Shown: piece after piece, positions 19,628-29,527 of the stretch
Layout of the letters: every line of letters starts with the position of its first letter
Position numbering within the stretch: the stretch's first letter is position 1
Virus record (IMG/VR): IMGVR_UViG_3300031758_000005
Reading direction: 5' to 3' (one strand)
DNA from: a virus
Taxonomy: Duplodnaviria > Heunggongvirae > Uroviricota > Caudoviricetes
Length of the DNA stretch: 64,000 nucleotides
The notes under the pieces: model-generated
The model's database searches: none
The model's input: the letters and a program-made list of their open reading frames with translations, nothing else
Told to the model about the DNA's origin: nothing
Position numbers and translations under genes: made by a program

Positions 19628-21224
19628 AGTTCATATCTCCATCGTTAAGTAAATCCAAGTTAGCTAACTTTTGATTTACACTGTTACATACTTTTTCTTC
19701 GACTGTGCCTGACACAAACACAATCTTTTGTATACTTTTACTTTTTGCACTGTCACGCCATACTCTACCCGTTGCCTGTCTCATATTGACAGCCGAGTAA
19801 GATGGACTGATCAAAGCCAAACGAGGATACTTACCAGTAACATCGTGTAAACTCAAACCAGCACCACCAGCGGCGAGATTTATTAATATAACCCTTTGTT
19901 TATCTGCTTGAAAATCATCGATGTTTTGTTGACGAGCTTTTGCATATTTAGCTTCACCGTTAACAATACATTTAGTATTTAACCTTTGACTAAGTGCCTC
20001 AATAGTCTCTGAGAAGTTTAGAAATACAACAACACTCATATTGTTTTCTAGAGCTTCTTCCACCATTTCAACGAAAAGTGGAACTTTGATCATTTCTACT
20101 CTTTGTCTAGCTCTTAGTATTGCTGTAAGTTCACTACTCCTTTTATCTTTTTTTAGTAGTTTTTCGATCTTCAACAATTCAAGTTGCATTTCTTCGTATG
20201 CTGAATTGATTTTGTCTTGGTCTTCTTTTTCCATTTCATAACATTCAGCAATAATCTGACTTTCTGGGAAGTTAGGAATGGAATCGCGATTGAGACGAAT
20301 ACCTCTATTAACAAATATGTCATTGCTTAGTTTCTTTAGAGCATCCACATTACCACGAAATTCTAATCCAAATCTACCTCTAGTAACACCGTGTGCATAA
20401 GCCCATTCGTAATATTGTTTATTGTTCTTGAACAGTTGAATACATTGTCCTACTGTGCGTAGTTCAAGTGGATTGGTAGCCATAGTAGCACTACAAAACA
20501 ACATCTTGTAACCTTGTTTGAGAGCTGCCATACACATTTCACTATTCTTGGTCTTGGCATTCTTTAGTTTTTGTGCTTCGTCCCAAACGATTAAAGTATT
20601 TTTGGGAACTTTCCAGACGAATTCTTTACGGTGGGTATCTCTACGTTTTACATATGATGCAAACATATTATCCGATTTACCAGTACGTAGAGCTTCATAG
20701 TTGGTAATACCTACACATTTACCCCACATCTTAAAGTGATTTTTAATAACCCGTTTCCAACTTTCTTTAACCGCTTTAGGACATACAATCATAATGTCCA
20801 TATTCAATTCTCTAGCTACAGCTGTTGCTGTGTAAGTCTTGCCTATGCCTACGTCACTACCATCAACGGCAGCACCCCATTTTTTAATTGAAGATACTAT
20901 CTTACTTACCGCACCAACTTGCCAAGGACGCAATCCATCTGGAGTTTTGACTTCATATAAGGGTAGAGCTTCATCTACCTTTTGTTTGGGTTTTTTTGGA
21001 TCTTTGAATAATGTTGGATTATCATTGGTCTGTGTAAGAATCCAGTCTTGTTCTCTTTTAACGACTCCGTAACCTTTGCTTTTCAACATTAATTTATTTA
21101 CCTTCCAATAAGCAAAGAACTGATTGAGGTAAGATGGGGTAATTACCCATTCACGTTGAAACGTTACGTCTCCGTTTTTTTCTACTTGAACTGGATCAGA
21201 CCACTTGATATCCAAGTTAATCAT
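19617..21224 (-). CDS. Superfamily 2 (SNF2-like) helicase/ATPase
   Basis: DVGIGKT (motif I), VWDEAQ (II), SAT (III), AGGAGLSL (V) and QATGRVWR (VI). Confidence 0.9.
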   Translation of the reverse strand: MINLDIKWSDPVQVEKNGDVTFQREWVITPSYLNQFFAYWKVNKLMLKSKGYGVVKREQDWILTQTNDNPTLFKDPKKPKQKVDEALPLYEVKTPDGLRPWQVGAVSKIVSSIKKWGAAVDGSDVGIGKTYTATAVARELNMDIMIVCPKAVKESWKRVIKNHFKMWGKCVGITNYEALRTGKSDNMFASYVKRRDTHRKEFVWKVPKNTLIVWDEAQKLKNAKTKNSEMCMAALKQGYKMLFCSATMATNPLELRTVGQCIQLFKNNKQYYEWAYAHGVTRGRFGLEFRGNVDALKKLSNDIFVNRGIRLNRDSIPNFPESQIIAECYEMEKEDQDKINSAYEEMQLELLKIEKLLKKDKRSSELTAILRARQRVEMIKVPLFVEMVEEALENNMSVVVFLNFSETIEALSQRLNTKCIVNGEAKYAKARQQNIDDFQADKQRVILINLAAGGAGLSLHDVTGKYPRLALISPSYSAVNMRQATGRVWRDSAKSKSIQKIVFVSGTVEEKVCNSVNQKLANLDLLNDGDMNYVK

Positions 21225-21227
21225 AAA

Positions 21228-21527
21228 TCAATCACCCATTTCACTACGGTACTTGTTATTTCTAGCCAATTCGTGAATGTTGGTACGCACCAATCTACCA
21301 TCTTTCTTTAATGCGCCAACTTCAAAAGAATCACTCATCAAATTGGTAAAATTTATACCCTGTGGATCATCATAACCATGTCCAAGTTCAGACATATCAA
21401 ACATAAAGTCTTTACGACGTTTACCATTTTTCTTGATGCATAAATTTTCTAGGTAATTAACTACCTCATTTAGATCGTTAAATGTTACGACCTTATTTAT
21501 CGTTGTGTCTTTGATATAGTAACTCAT
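21228..21527 (-). CDS. Hypothetical protein
   Basis: 99-aa ORF preceded by a TTGAAA-N17-TAAACT promoter-like sequence. Confidence 0.6.
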   Translation of the reverse strand: MSYYIKDTTINKVVTFNDLNEVVNYLENLCIKKNGKRRKDFMFDMSELGHGYDDPQGINFTNLMSDSFEVGALKKDGRLVRTNIHELARNNKYRSEMGD

Positions 21528-21587
21528 ATATTTCTTATAGTTTACTATATAACTATCTAACTTTCAATACTATTTAATATTATAATC

Positions 21588-22175
21588 TTAGTTAGAAGAT
21601 ATAGGTACAGTTGAGTAAATATTACGTTCTGTTGAATTACGTATTGTTTCAAAATAATTAATCAAATGGTTGATTGTATGATCTGCGATGTTTTCCAACC
21701 AATCATCAGTTTTAAATTCTGTTGTACTTACTCCACCGTGTACTGGTTTTAAACGACCATTTTGAAATTCACCACGTAAAAAATTAATTAAATCTTTTTT
21801 AAGATTTTGTTTTTGTGAAATTACAAATATTTCACTTAATTCTTCTTTATAACTTACTCTTACAGGAGATTGTCCTTTGCCACCACTACCTTTTTCTCCT
21901 CTACCAGCTGATCTTTGTGCAGACTTCTTTCTCTTTACCCAATTAGCAATTGCTTTTTTACCACCTTTAGCTCTTAGTCTCGCAGCATACTTTTTACCTA
22001 AACAGGCACTGTAACTACTTCCTTGTTTAGCATCACCACATTTACCCGCTTTTTTGCCTGTACTATCATATCGATCCCACCCACCCCCACTGCTACTACC
22101 CACTGGTCCTTTACCAAACCACGCACGTAATCCACCTTTATAGGCTTCTAATAAGAATTTGTCGTATTGATTCAC
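21588..22175 (-). CDS. Basic Gly-rich putative head/internal protein
   Basis: The GTG at 22175, 3 nt after TATTTATT, gives MNQYDKFLLE-AYKGGLRAWF...; the ORF track starts 15 nt upstream. Confidence 0.55.
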   Translation of the reverse strand: MNQYDKFLLEAYKGGLRAWFGKGPVGSSSGGGWDRYDSTGKKAGKCGDAKQGSSYSACLGKKYAARLRAKGGKKAIANWVKRKKSAQRSAGRGEKGSGGKGQSPVRVSYKEELSEIFVISQKQNLKKDLINFLRGEFQNGRLKPVHGGVSTTEFKTDDWLENIADHTINHLINYFETIRNSTERNIYSTVPISSN

Positions 22176-22186
22176 AACAATAAATA

Positions 22187-22363
22187 TCAATTAGATTCGT
22201 TATTTTTATTAAAAATGTTACCTAAGTTTGTAAAGAATTTTTCTATTTTAGATTTGTTGACCTTTTTCTTTTTGGTTTCGGATAGGTAAAATTTGATTTC
22301 CGTTTCATCCAAAACCACTTCGTTTCCATTGATATTGACGGTGATGCTTTTGTTCTTTTTCAT
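22187..22363 (-). CDS. Small hypothetical protein (58 aa)
   Basis: Translated by hand: MKKNKSITVNINGNEVVLDETEIKFYLSETKKKK...NESN*. It fills the gap and is below the ORF-track cutoff. Confidence 0.55.
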   Translation of the reverse strand: MKKNKSITVNINGNEVVLDETEIKFYLSETKKKKVNKSKIEKFFTNLGNIFNKNNESN

Positions 22364-22434
22364 ACAGGCGCAAAAAAAATATATAATCGGTTAAGATTAT
22401 ATATTTGTATATTTTACAATTAGTTAATATTTGT

Positions 22435-23079
22435 TTAAACACCCATCAAAAAGTGTTCCCAATCTTTGTGTTTTGCTTCTTTAATCAAAGCTGACACTGG
22501 AATTGGTTGTGGAATACTAGGTTGTTTGATCAACTTCAAACCAGCTTCTGTATTCAACCTATTACCTTTTTTAGAATTGATATCCCGTGAACACAGTACC
22601 AGATTGGTCCAACTGTCTTCTCCACCTTTACTACGAGGTAGAATATGATCTACAGTAGCTGAGTGACGATCAATCTTCTTGCCTGTGTACTGACAGATAC
22701 CATTATCACGATTGTAAATTGCATCTTTGCTGGGTTTTCCCTTAAATGACTTTACAGGCATTTTGCTGAAATTAACAGCGATGATAACAGTTGGTACACG
22801 TACAGACATATGAGCTGAATTGATTACCAAGTCCCAGGAGCGAATAGGTAGTTTCAACCATTCGGTCCAACTTACGGGATTCATATTCTTGGGAGCAGAA
22901 AGATTTGGCTCTCCATTCTCAAGCAGCTCGTAGTCAATGTCTAATGCCAAACTAGAAGGCTTACCATCAACTTCAGAACCACAAAGATCAATAATTGCAT
23001 CTTTTACGGTTTTGAAACCAATTGGTTGCCAGTTCGAATTTAGGTTCAAACAGATCAATTTATTAGCTATTGTATTCAT
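22435..23079 (-). CDS. HNH endonuclease (McrA/HNH_5-like)
   Basis: IYNRDNGICQYTG..TVDHILPRSKGGEDSWTNLVLC..NSKKGN; N-terminal LNLNSNWQP; start after the promoter TTGACT-N16-TATAGT. Confidence 0.85.
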   Translation of the reverse strand: MNTIANKLICLNLNSNWQPIGFKTVKDAIIDLCGSEVDGKPSSLALDIDYELLENGEPNLSAPKNMNPVSWTEWLKLPIRSWDLVINSAHMSVRVPTVIIAVNFSKMPVKSFKGKPSKDAIYNRDNGICQYTGKKIDRHSATVDHILPRSKGGEDSWTNLVLCSRDINSKKGNRLNTEAGLKLIKQPSIPQPIPVSALIKEAKHKDWEHFLMGV

Positions 23080-23092
23080 AACTATATTATAA

Positions 23093-23425
23093 CTATACAC
23101 CTCTTTTTATAAAAGTCAACACATTTTCTTCGGGTTCTAAACTTTCATCTAGTCTTCCCTTGACCAATTCCAAGTCACATTTGAACCATTCATTTTTGAT
23201 TTCGGTAGCAAAATATCTTAACTTTTCAGCTATTTTCTTCTCCGCTTCATAACAATCTGGGTGTTGAACATAATATTCAATTTTATAGTTACGCAGTGGA
23301 GATGCTGTTTGATATGTACGTAATCTTGACTTTATATCATTAGTGACTCCCACTTTGTAATAACCAGGAAAGTTACAATTACTGATGATATATACGTATC
23401 CTTCTTTATCTCTAGACGATTTCAT
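23093..23425 (-). CDS. GIY-YIG (T5orf172/MUG113-like) protein
   Basis: GYVYII..YKVGVT..SRLRTYQT..EAEKKI..NEWF. Confidence 0.8.
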   Translation of the reverse strand: MKSSRDKEGYVYIISNCNFPGYYKVGVTNDIKSRLRTYQTASPLRNYKIEYYVQHPDCYEAEKKIAEKLRYFATEIKNEWFKCDLELVKGRLDESLEPEENVLTFIKRGV

Positions 23426-24011
23426 CAGCTAATCCGTATTTGATTGCGTCTTCTGCGTTCAAATAAATGTCACGTTTTAACAGTGTATTTAATTCGTCTT
23501 CAGTAAACTTTGTATGTTTCAAATATATGTCTTTGACAACTTTCATTATCAAATCCATATTTTGTTTTTCGTCATTGAAGTCTTCGTATGTACCTTCAAA
23601 CCAACTTCTTACTTGATGAATCAATAAGATAGTGTTTTTACGTATATAACGTTTGTGACAACTTACACTGATTAGTGTGCTAGCGCTTGCTACTAATCCT
23701 TCTGCATATGAATGTACAGGTACTTTGGATGCTTGAATTCTATCTACTATACTCAATGCACCAAATACTTCACCACCATCACTATTGATGTGTAATTTGA
23801 TGTGGGGAGTTTCTTGTAGATCAAATGTAATTTGTGCTATTAGTAGTTGTCTAGCTAGATCACTTAGAGTTTTGTTTACTACAAGTGCTGATTCTGTATT
23901 TACATCGTTGTAAAAGTATAACTCGTTGTTGTCAATGACAGATACGAATTTTTGTTTATCTTGAGATACATCGGATATATCATCATTATTGAGCGTTAGT
24001 TTTTTGGTCAT
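23412..24011 (-). CDS. clpP: ClpP-like serine protease
   Basis: LHINSDGGEV, GLVASAS (Ser), LLIHQ (His) and RDIYLNAEDAIKYGLADEI (Asp). Confidence 0.88.
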   Translation of the reverse strand: MTKKLTLNNDDISDVSQDKQKFVSVIDNNELYFYNDVNTESALVVNKTLSDLARQLLIAQITFDLQETPHIKLHINSDGGEVFGALSIVDRIQASKVPVHSYAEGLVASASTLISVSCHKRYIRKNTILLIHQVRSWFEGTYEDFNDEKQNMDLIMKVVKDIYLKHTKFTEDELNTLLKRDIYLNAEDAIKYGLADEIV

Positions 24012-24459
24012 ATGTTTTTAGTATTGTTCGTAACTCTTCGTCATCAACGAAGTTAAAATCATTTTTGTTTCTGGCTAAATCTTTGTGTAGTACTTGTACA
24101 AATCCATTGTGGTTATAACCAACATCCATAGTGGTGCCTGTTTGTTCACAAATATAACCTGATATAAATGTTGTATATTCAATTATTGATTCGGTGTGTT
24201 GATTTCCACCCTCATAATAAAATCTTAATGTGCCAAACTTTTGTTTTACTTGTTTAGCAACAATTTGTTTTACTGGCAGATAATGTTGTGGATTTGATTT
24301 TGCCATTTCATTTTGTTGAGTGATATACATTTCAAGATATCGACTCAACCACAACAAAAGTCTAAACCAACCATCATCGCAATCGAATGACAAATTATCC
24401 GGATACATTTCTGGGAACTTTTTCTTTAAATAACATTGTAACTCAATTTTCATTTTCAA
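23986..24459 (-). CDS. Conserved phage hypothetical protein
   Basis: CDDGWFRLL...QVKQKFGTLRFYY pattern. Confidence 0.65.
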   Translation of the reverse strand: MKMKIELQCYLKKKFPEMYPDNLSFDCDDGWFRLLLWLSRYLEMYITQQNEMAKSNPQHYLPVKQIVAKQVKQKFGTLRFYYEGGNQHTESIIEYTTFISGYICEQTGTTMDVGYNHNGFVQVLHKDLARNKNDFNFVDDEELRTILKTYDQKTNAQ

Positions 24460-24560
24460 TACATAGTTTGTTAATTATACTTTTCATCTGTCAAAATTTT
24501 TATATTTGTGTGCCGACTATATTTTAATATCCTTTGAATACACTGATATATTTATTAATA

Positions 24561-24758
24561 ATGTTCAGTAGTACTAAAAAGAGCGGATATGTAAATGGTA
24601 TAAAATTTGAAATAAAAGATGCCAGCACTATCCGTATCTGGAAACCTTCTGAGATTGCTTTTTATGATTTTAAAAATCGTTGTGATCTGACAGTTAAGTA
24701 TTTAATTGACGAAGGATTCTTTAATAAGACTAAATGTAAAGTTGAAGTAGTTACTTAG
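24561..24758 (+). CDS. Hypothetical protein
   Basis: ATG 24561 lies 4 nt after TATTTATT; the ORF track starts upstream at 24534. Confidence 0.55.
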   Translation: MFSSTKKSGYVNGIKFEIKDASTIRIWKPSEIAFYDFKNRCDLTVKYLIDEGFFNKTKCKVEVVT

Positions 24759-24761
24759 GTT

Positions 24762-25781
24762 ATGTCTAAAAATGTTATATTATTTTTAACCAGTCCCAAT
24801 TCAGTTAATAGATCAAAAATGTGTTTGAAGAATTTCAAACAACTTTTAAATTTGGGTTATGATATAATAACACTATCTACAACTGATTTTTTACCTTCTT
24901 ATATTGTGGAAAAGTCAAAACATCTGATTTATGACTATACTAGTCACAAATGTGATAAGAAGTTTTATTATAATTACTACAAAGCATCAGGTGGTGGTTA
25001 TTTTATGTATGATATAAATTCACATCATAAAGTAATGTTTTACCACGATACACATTTTCCATCTTTACTTCGTAATTATCGTTCATTGATAAGTTATGCT
25101 AATTGTCTTGGATATGATAATTATTTTTATATTGAAGACGATCATTATATTCATAACCACGATTTACAAAATGTAAGAAAATATTTTGAAAAATTAAGTG
25201 AATACGATCTAATTACTTTTTGTTTTCAAAGATTATTAACAAGCAACGAACAAGTATATTCAACATATTTCAATTTTGGCAAAGTTAACACAATGTTCGA
25301 TATTGTAAAAAATGCCGCTTATACCGAATACGAATATAAGAATAGTGACGTAGATACTTATGGTCAATTTTTTGAAACAGTTTTTACCAAGTTAGTTAAA
25401 AAATACAAATCGTCGGAATGTAATATATTAGAAGAAACTAGACACTTATCTGAAATTTTTAAGTATTCAGATTTAAATCAAGTATATTCTTATAGAAGTT
25501 TAATTGACGATGCTAGGTGTAATTTTATTTATGATATAATCAATAATAAACCCGTTTTTTATTATTCAAGTGTTTTATTGTCAGAACCTGTACGTCTGAA
25601 GATTTATGTAGGAAATATCTGTCACGAAGACACGATAGTTTATCCTGGATGCTGGTACTATTCGTATGTAGATTCAAATTTAATTGAAAATACAAAGATT
25701 GTAATAAATGACACATTGGTCAAAACTTTTGACGCATCACAAAATGCTATTTACAACGGAGAACTCTTTTTTAACTTTTAA
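24762..25781 (+). CDS. Putative glycosyltransferase-like protein
   Basis: 339 aa, Tyr/Asn-rich, with a GT-A-like YFYIEDDHYI motif; lies in a glycan-gene neighbourhood. Confidence 0.4.
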   Translation: MSKNVILFLTSPNSVNRSKMCLKNFKQLLNLGYDIITLSTTDFLPSYIVEKSKHLIYDYTSHKCDKKFYYNYYKASGGGYFMYDINSHHKVMFYHDTHFPSLLRNYRSLISYANCLGYDNYFYIEDDHYIHNHDLQNVRKYFEKLSEYDLITFCFQRLLTSNEQVYSTYFNFGKVNTMFDIVKNAAYTEYEYKNSDVDTYGQFFETVFTKLVKKYKSSECNILEETRHLSEIFKYSDLNQVYSYRSLIDDARCNFIYDIINNKPVFYYSSVLLSEPVRLKIYVGNICHEDTIVYPGCWYYSYVDSNLIENTKIVINDTLVKTFDASQNAIYNGELFFNF

Positions 25782-26072
25782 TATATCTTTATAAACTATT
25801 TGATCACAATTGTAAGTTTTGTTTACGTTAAACAACATTATTTCTTTATAATTGAATATTTCAAGATAAGTTAATATTACAGTCAAGTTATTTAAGCACG
25901 ATGTCATATCTTTGAAATAAAATATGTTTTCAATTTTACTATATATTGATTTGTTTGGGTTACTTATATCGGTTATAACAAATTGTTTGACATCATAAGT
26001 TAGTTTTTTTTGAATATCTTCTATGTAATTTTCTTCGTTGTCATTAAAGACAAAATATATAACTGCTTTCAT
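25737..26072 (-). CDS. Hypothetical protein
   Basis: 111-aa ORF; TATTTATA lies 4 nt before the ATG. Confidence 0.55.
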   Translation of the reverse strand: MKAVIYFVFNDNEENYIEDIQKKLTYDVKQFVITDISNPNKSIYSKIENIFYFKDMTSCLNNLTVILTYLEIFNYKEIMLFNVNKTYNCDQIVYKDILKVKKEFSVVNSIL

Positions 26073-26139
26073 TGAGTATAAATAATCGATTTATTTTTGT
26101 TTTGGTTATTTTATTATGAATATGATATTTATATCTATT

Positions 26140-26499
26140 ATGATAGTAACCAATCTTTTGACATTACATAACCAGTTAAAAATACATCATTGGCAAACTA
26201 AAAGCAATGCAGAACATCAAGCTTTGGGTGAAGCATACGACGAATTTTCTGGTTTAATCGATGAATTCATTGAAGTCTTTATGGGTAAATACGGAAGAAT
26301 TGAAAGTAGTAACGGATTTAAAATAGAATTAGAAAACTACAAAGATATATCTCCGACAGATTTTGCGGATAAATATGTTGACTATTTGGTAAACGAATTG
26401 CCAAAGTCTTTAGAAAAGTCTGATACTGATCTGTTTAATATCAGAGATGAAATGTTAGCGCAGTTAAACAAACTAAAGTATTTGTTAACACTATCATAA
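26140..26499 (+). CDS. Ferritin/Dps-like protein (DUF5856-type)
   Basis: QLKIHHWQT..EHQALGEAYD..DEFIEVFMG..IRDEML..KYLL four-helix pattern; start 6 nt after TATTTATA. Confidence 0.65.
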   Translation: MIVTNLLTLHNQLKIHHWQTKSNAEHQALGEAYDEFSGLIDEFIEVFMGKYGRIESSNGFKIELENYKDISPTDFADKYVDYLVNELPKSLEKSDTDLFNIRDEMLAQLNKLKYLLTLS

Positions 26500-26500
26500 T

Positions 26501-26953
26501 ATGCCATACGAATATCACGCTAAGGTTATAAATGTTGTAGATGGTGACACAATTGTTGTTGACATTGACTTGGGGTTCAATGTGGTACTATCTAATCAAA
26601 GTGTAAGATTATTGGGAGTTGATACCCCAGAAAGTCGCACCAGTGATAAAATTGAAAAGGTATTTGGATTAGCAAGCAAAGAATATGCTAAAGAATTTGT
26701 TGAGAATTGTAAAAAACAAATAATTTTACGCACTCACAAAAGCGATGATAGTGAAAAGTTTGGCAGACTGTTGGGTGAAATTATCAATCCTGAATCTAAA
26801 GAAGTGTTGAATGTTTCTCTCGTTGAAGAGGGTTTTGCTGTAAAATATCTTGGGGAAAACAAAGACAACGTAAAGAATCTTCATTTACAAAACCGCAAGC
26901 GTTTGATCGACTCGGGTAAAATAAAGATGTCTTATAAAGAAGCAGGACTCTAA
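26501..26953 (+). CDS. Thermonuclease (SNase-like)
   Basis: VVDGDTI..DLGF, VRLLGVDTPESR and KFGRLLG. Confidence 0.9.
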   Translation: MPYEYHAKVINVVDGDTIVVDIDLGFNVVLSNQSVRLLGVDTPESRTSDKIEKVFGLASKEYAKEFVENCKKQIILRTHKSDDSEKFGRLLGEIINPESKEVLNVSLVEEGFAVKYLGENKDNVKNLHLQNRKRLIDSGKIKMSYKEAGL

Positions 26954-26954
26954 T

Positions 26955-27323
26955 ATGGATAAATTGAGTAAATACACAATTCTTAAATTCATCAAATTTG
27001 TCAGCGATGAATTGACTTTAAATCGACCATTCAAAGTCAAGTTGGTAAAACAACGAGACGACGATTTAAGAACATATGCTTATTACAATCAAACAAATGG
27101 CGATGTTAAGGTCTATTGCAAAGATAGAGGTTTAGCCGATGTTTTACGTAGTATAGCGCACGAACTAATTCACCACCAACAAAATGAGACTGGTAAGTTA
27201 AATGAACCTACCCAAGACATAGGTGGCGAAATTGAAGATGAAGCAAATAGTGTAGCTGGTCAATTGGTAAAAAAGTTTGGATATGCAAATCCAAAATTGG
27301 CTATCTACAATAAGAATCTATGA
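26955..27323 (+). CDS. Zincin-like (HExxH) metalloprotein
   Basis: LRSIAHELIHHQQ...EDEANSVAG. Confidence 0.6.
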   Translation: MDKLSKYTILKFIKFVSDELTLNRPFKVKLVKQRDDDLRTYAYYNQTNGDVKVYCKDRGLADVLRSIAHELIHHQQNETGKLNEPTQDIGGEIEDEANSVAGQLVKKFGYANPKLAIYNKNL

Positions 27324-27704
27324 CTCCATAACAGAGTCAAAGAAACTAATATTGGCTCTGTCTGTTTTGTATACCTTTATATCGTCATCTTCCAAGTTGA
27401 AGTATTTGCGAGATCTTTTGTACATCTTTGTAGCTATACCTTTACGTCTATAAAGACGTTTGATATAAACCATAAACTCAAAGTATCCATTAACTCCCAT
27501 TTTTTTCTTTAGTCGTATAATGGACCACCCTACAATCTTACCATTGTCCTTGGCTAAAAACACTCTATTTGGTATTTTTTTATCTGGGGTACAACACTCA
27601 ACATACACCGAATAAATCGATCCAGAAGATATCAGCTTTCCACAACTCTTTTCTTCAAAGAGAGTTAAGTCCTTGGCTTCTTTAGAATAAATTCTAACGG
27701 GCAC
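27318..27704 (-). CDS. GNAT-family acetyltransferase
   Basis: Motif A VYIKRLYRRKGIATKM; GTG start 4 nt after TATTTATA. Confidence 0.7.
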   Translation of the reverse strand: MPVRIYSKEAKDLTLFEEKSCGKLISSGSIYSVYVECCTPDKKIPNRVFLAKDNGKIVGWSIIRLKKKMGVNGYFEFMVYIKRLYRRKGIATKMYKRSRKYFNLEDDDIKVYKTDRANISFFDSVMES

Positions 27705-27707
27705 ATA

Positions 27708-28664
27708 TTATAAATATGATTTAACCGTTTCCAAAATAGCAATATCAAATTTAGTTGTGTTAAATTGAGGAAACTCCATCTTGAAGTCACGATTGTCAAT
27801 GCTGTATCTACTATCGTGTCCTTTACGGTCTTCAACATATTTAAACCACTCCCAGTCTACTTCTATTCCAGTTATGGTACTATATACCTCTTTAATCACG
27901 TGTATAAGCTCATAGTTAGATAGTTCGTTGTCAGACCCTATCAAATACTGTTTTCCTATTTTACCATCTAATAGAACGCATATAAGTGCATTAACGTGGT
28001 CTTTGACATAGATCCAATCTCTTACATTCGACCCATTACCATATAAAGGTATGGTTTCTTTGTTGAGAAGTTTCTGAATACATACTGGAATCATCTTTTC
28101 GGTATATTGTCTGGACCCAAAGTTGTTGCTGCAATTGGTAATAATCGCTGGGAAATTATAAGTTTTGTTATAACTTCTAACCAGTAGATCGCTGGCAGCT
28201 TTAGTAGCTGAATATGGATTATTTGCTCTATAAGGACTGTCTGTAGTAAAAGATCCTTCTTTGTGATTCAATGATCCATACACTTCATCGGTGGATACGT
28301 GGATAAACTTCTTTATGTTTGTACCCTTAAGCATTTCTAACAGATTAAAAGTACCAATAATGTTTGTTTCAATAAATCTTTTTGGTCCCTTGATAGAGTT
28401 ATCCACGTGCGATTCTGCTGCAAAATGAATCACATAATCTAAATTTAATGAATCAATATATTTCTTTTGATCTGGAAAATAAGGCGCAGCAATGTTCATT
28501 GATAATCTGTGATATCTAGGATCTTTTTGAAAGGGAAGTTTTTTGTTTGCAGCATAAGTACCACAATCAATGTTATAAACCATAACAACATCATCCCTTT
28601 TTAGAATTTCTTCTATAAAGTGACTTCCAATAAATCCACATGCTCCTGTTACTAATATATTCAT
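27708..28664 (-). CDS. rmlB: dTDP-glucose 4,6-dehydratase
   Basis: VTGACGFIGS, HFAAESHVDNSI, VSTDEVYG, PYSATKA, CSNNFG and DRKGHDSRY; start at the ATGA overlap, 28664. Confidence 0.93.
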   Translation of the reverse strand: MNILVTGACGFIGSHFIEEILKRDDVVMVYNIDCGTYAANKKLPFQKDPRYHRLSMNIAAPYFPDQKKYIDSLNLDYVIHFAAESHVDNSIKGPKRFIETNIIGTFNLLEMLKGTNIKKFIHVSTDEVYGSLNHKEGSFTTDSPYRANNPYSATKAASDLLVRSYNKTYNFPAIITNCSNNFGSRQYTEKMIPVCIQKLLNKETIPLYGNGSNVRDWIYVKDHVNALICVLLDGKIGKQYLIGSDNELSNYELIHVIKEVYSTITGIEVDWEWFKYVEDRKGHDSRYSIDNRDFKMEFPQFNTTKFDIAILETVKSYL

Positions 28665-29527
28665 ATGGTCCAATTGTTAATGCAATAGTCAAAGGCTTCG
28701 TCTGCTGTTCTCATTTTGATTCCAGTTGACAATAATTTTTCGTTGCTCATCACACAATTTGATCGGGGTGTTTTGACTACATTTTTATAAAATTCATCTT
28801 CTTCCACAAATGTAAAGGTTTTGCCTTTTGCAATTGTATTCTTAAACTTTTCTACTACACCCTTGGTCGTGATATAACCACCATTGGTCACATTATATGT
28901 ACCATATGGAACTTCTTTGGTAATAGTTTGAATACAAGCACTTACAAATTCTTGTTTGTTGCTTACACTATTTTCAGCATCTAACAGTCTTTCATACTTT
29001 AATATTTTGCTTATATAATTTCTAGAATTATCAAACTCTTCAAATGGAATTCGTAATCTCCAAATATAGTGCTTTTCCCACTTCTTTACTACTTGTTCAC
29101 CTATTACTTTGGTACCACTGTAGAAACTACAGTTATTTTGCGCAAAACTAAAGTTTGGTACATCTTCTTCAGTAAAAGGATTGCCATCGGCTCTTTTACC
29201 TTCATATATACAACCACTGGAAACATGCGCTAAGGGTATATCATTTAACATACACCAATCAGTTAATATTTGCGGCCATACAATATTGCCGTGAATAGTA
29301 GCTTCTTTGTTTAATTCACATGCATCCACATTAGGTTTACCAGTATATCCCGCTGCATTTATTACAGCGCCTATGAGTGGGTATCCAGCTTCATCATACC
29401 ACTTTTCCAAATCTGCAAAAGTGGTTTTATGCGCATTTGGCCAAAGAAAAACAGGTAGCTTTAATTCAGCTAATTGCTTTTTGAATTCACTTCCAATATA
29501 ACCGATTGATCCGAATAATATAATCAT
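28661..29527 (-). CDS. NDP-4-keto-6-deoxyglucose 3,5-epimerase/4-reductase (RmlD-like, NRS/ER type)
   Basis: GSIGYIG, NAAGYTGKPNVDACE, SSGCIY, SFYSGTK, RLRIP and PRSNCV. Confidence 0.8.
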   Translation of the reverse strand: MIILFGSIGYIGSEFKKQLAELKLPVFLWPNAHKTTFADLEKWYDEAGYPLIGAVINAAGYTGKPNVDACELNKEATIHGNIVWPQILTDWCMLNDIPLAHVSSGCIYEGKRADGNPFTEEDVPNFSFAQNNCSFYSGTKVIGEQVVKKWEKHYIWRLRIPFEEFDNSRNYISKILKYERLLDAENSVSNKQEFVSACIQTITKEVPYGTYNVTNGGYITTKGVVEKFKNTIAKGKTFTFVEEDEFYKNVVKTPRSNCVMSNEKLLSTGIKMRTADEAFDYCINNWTI

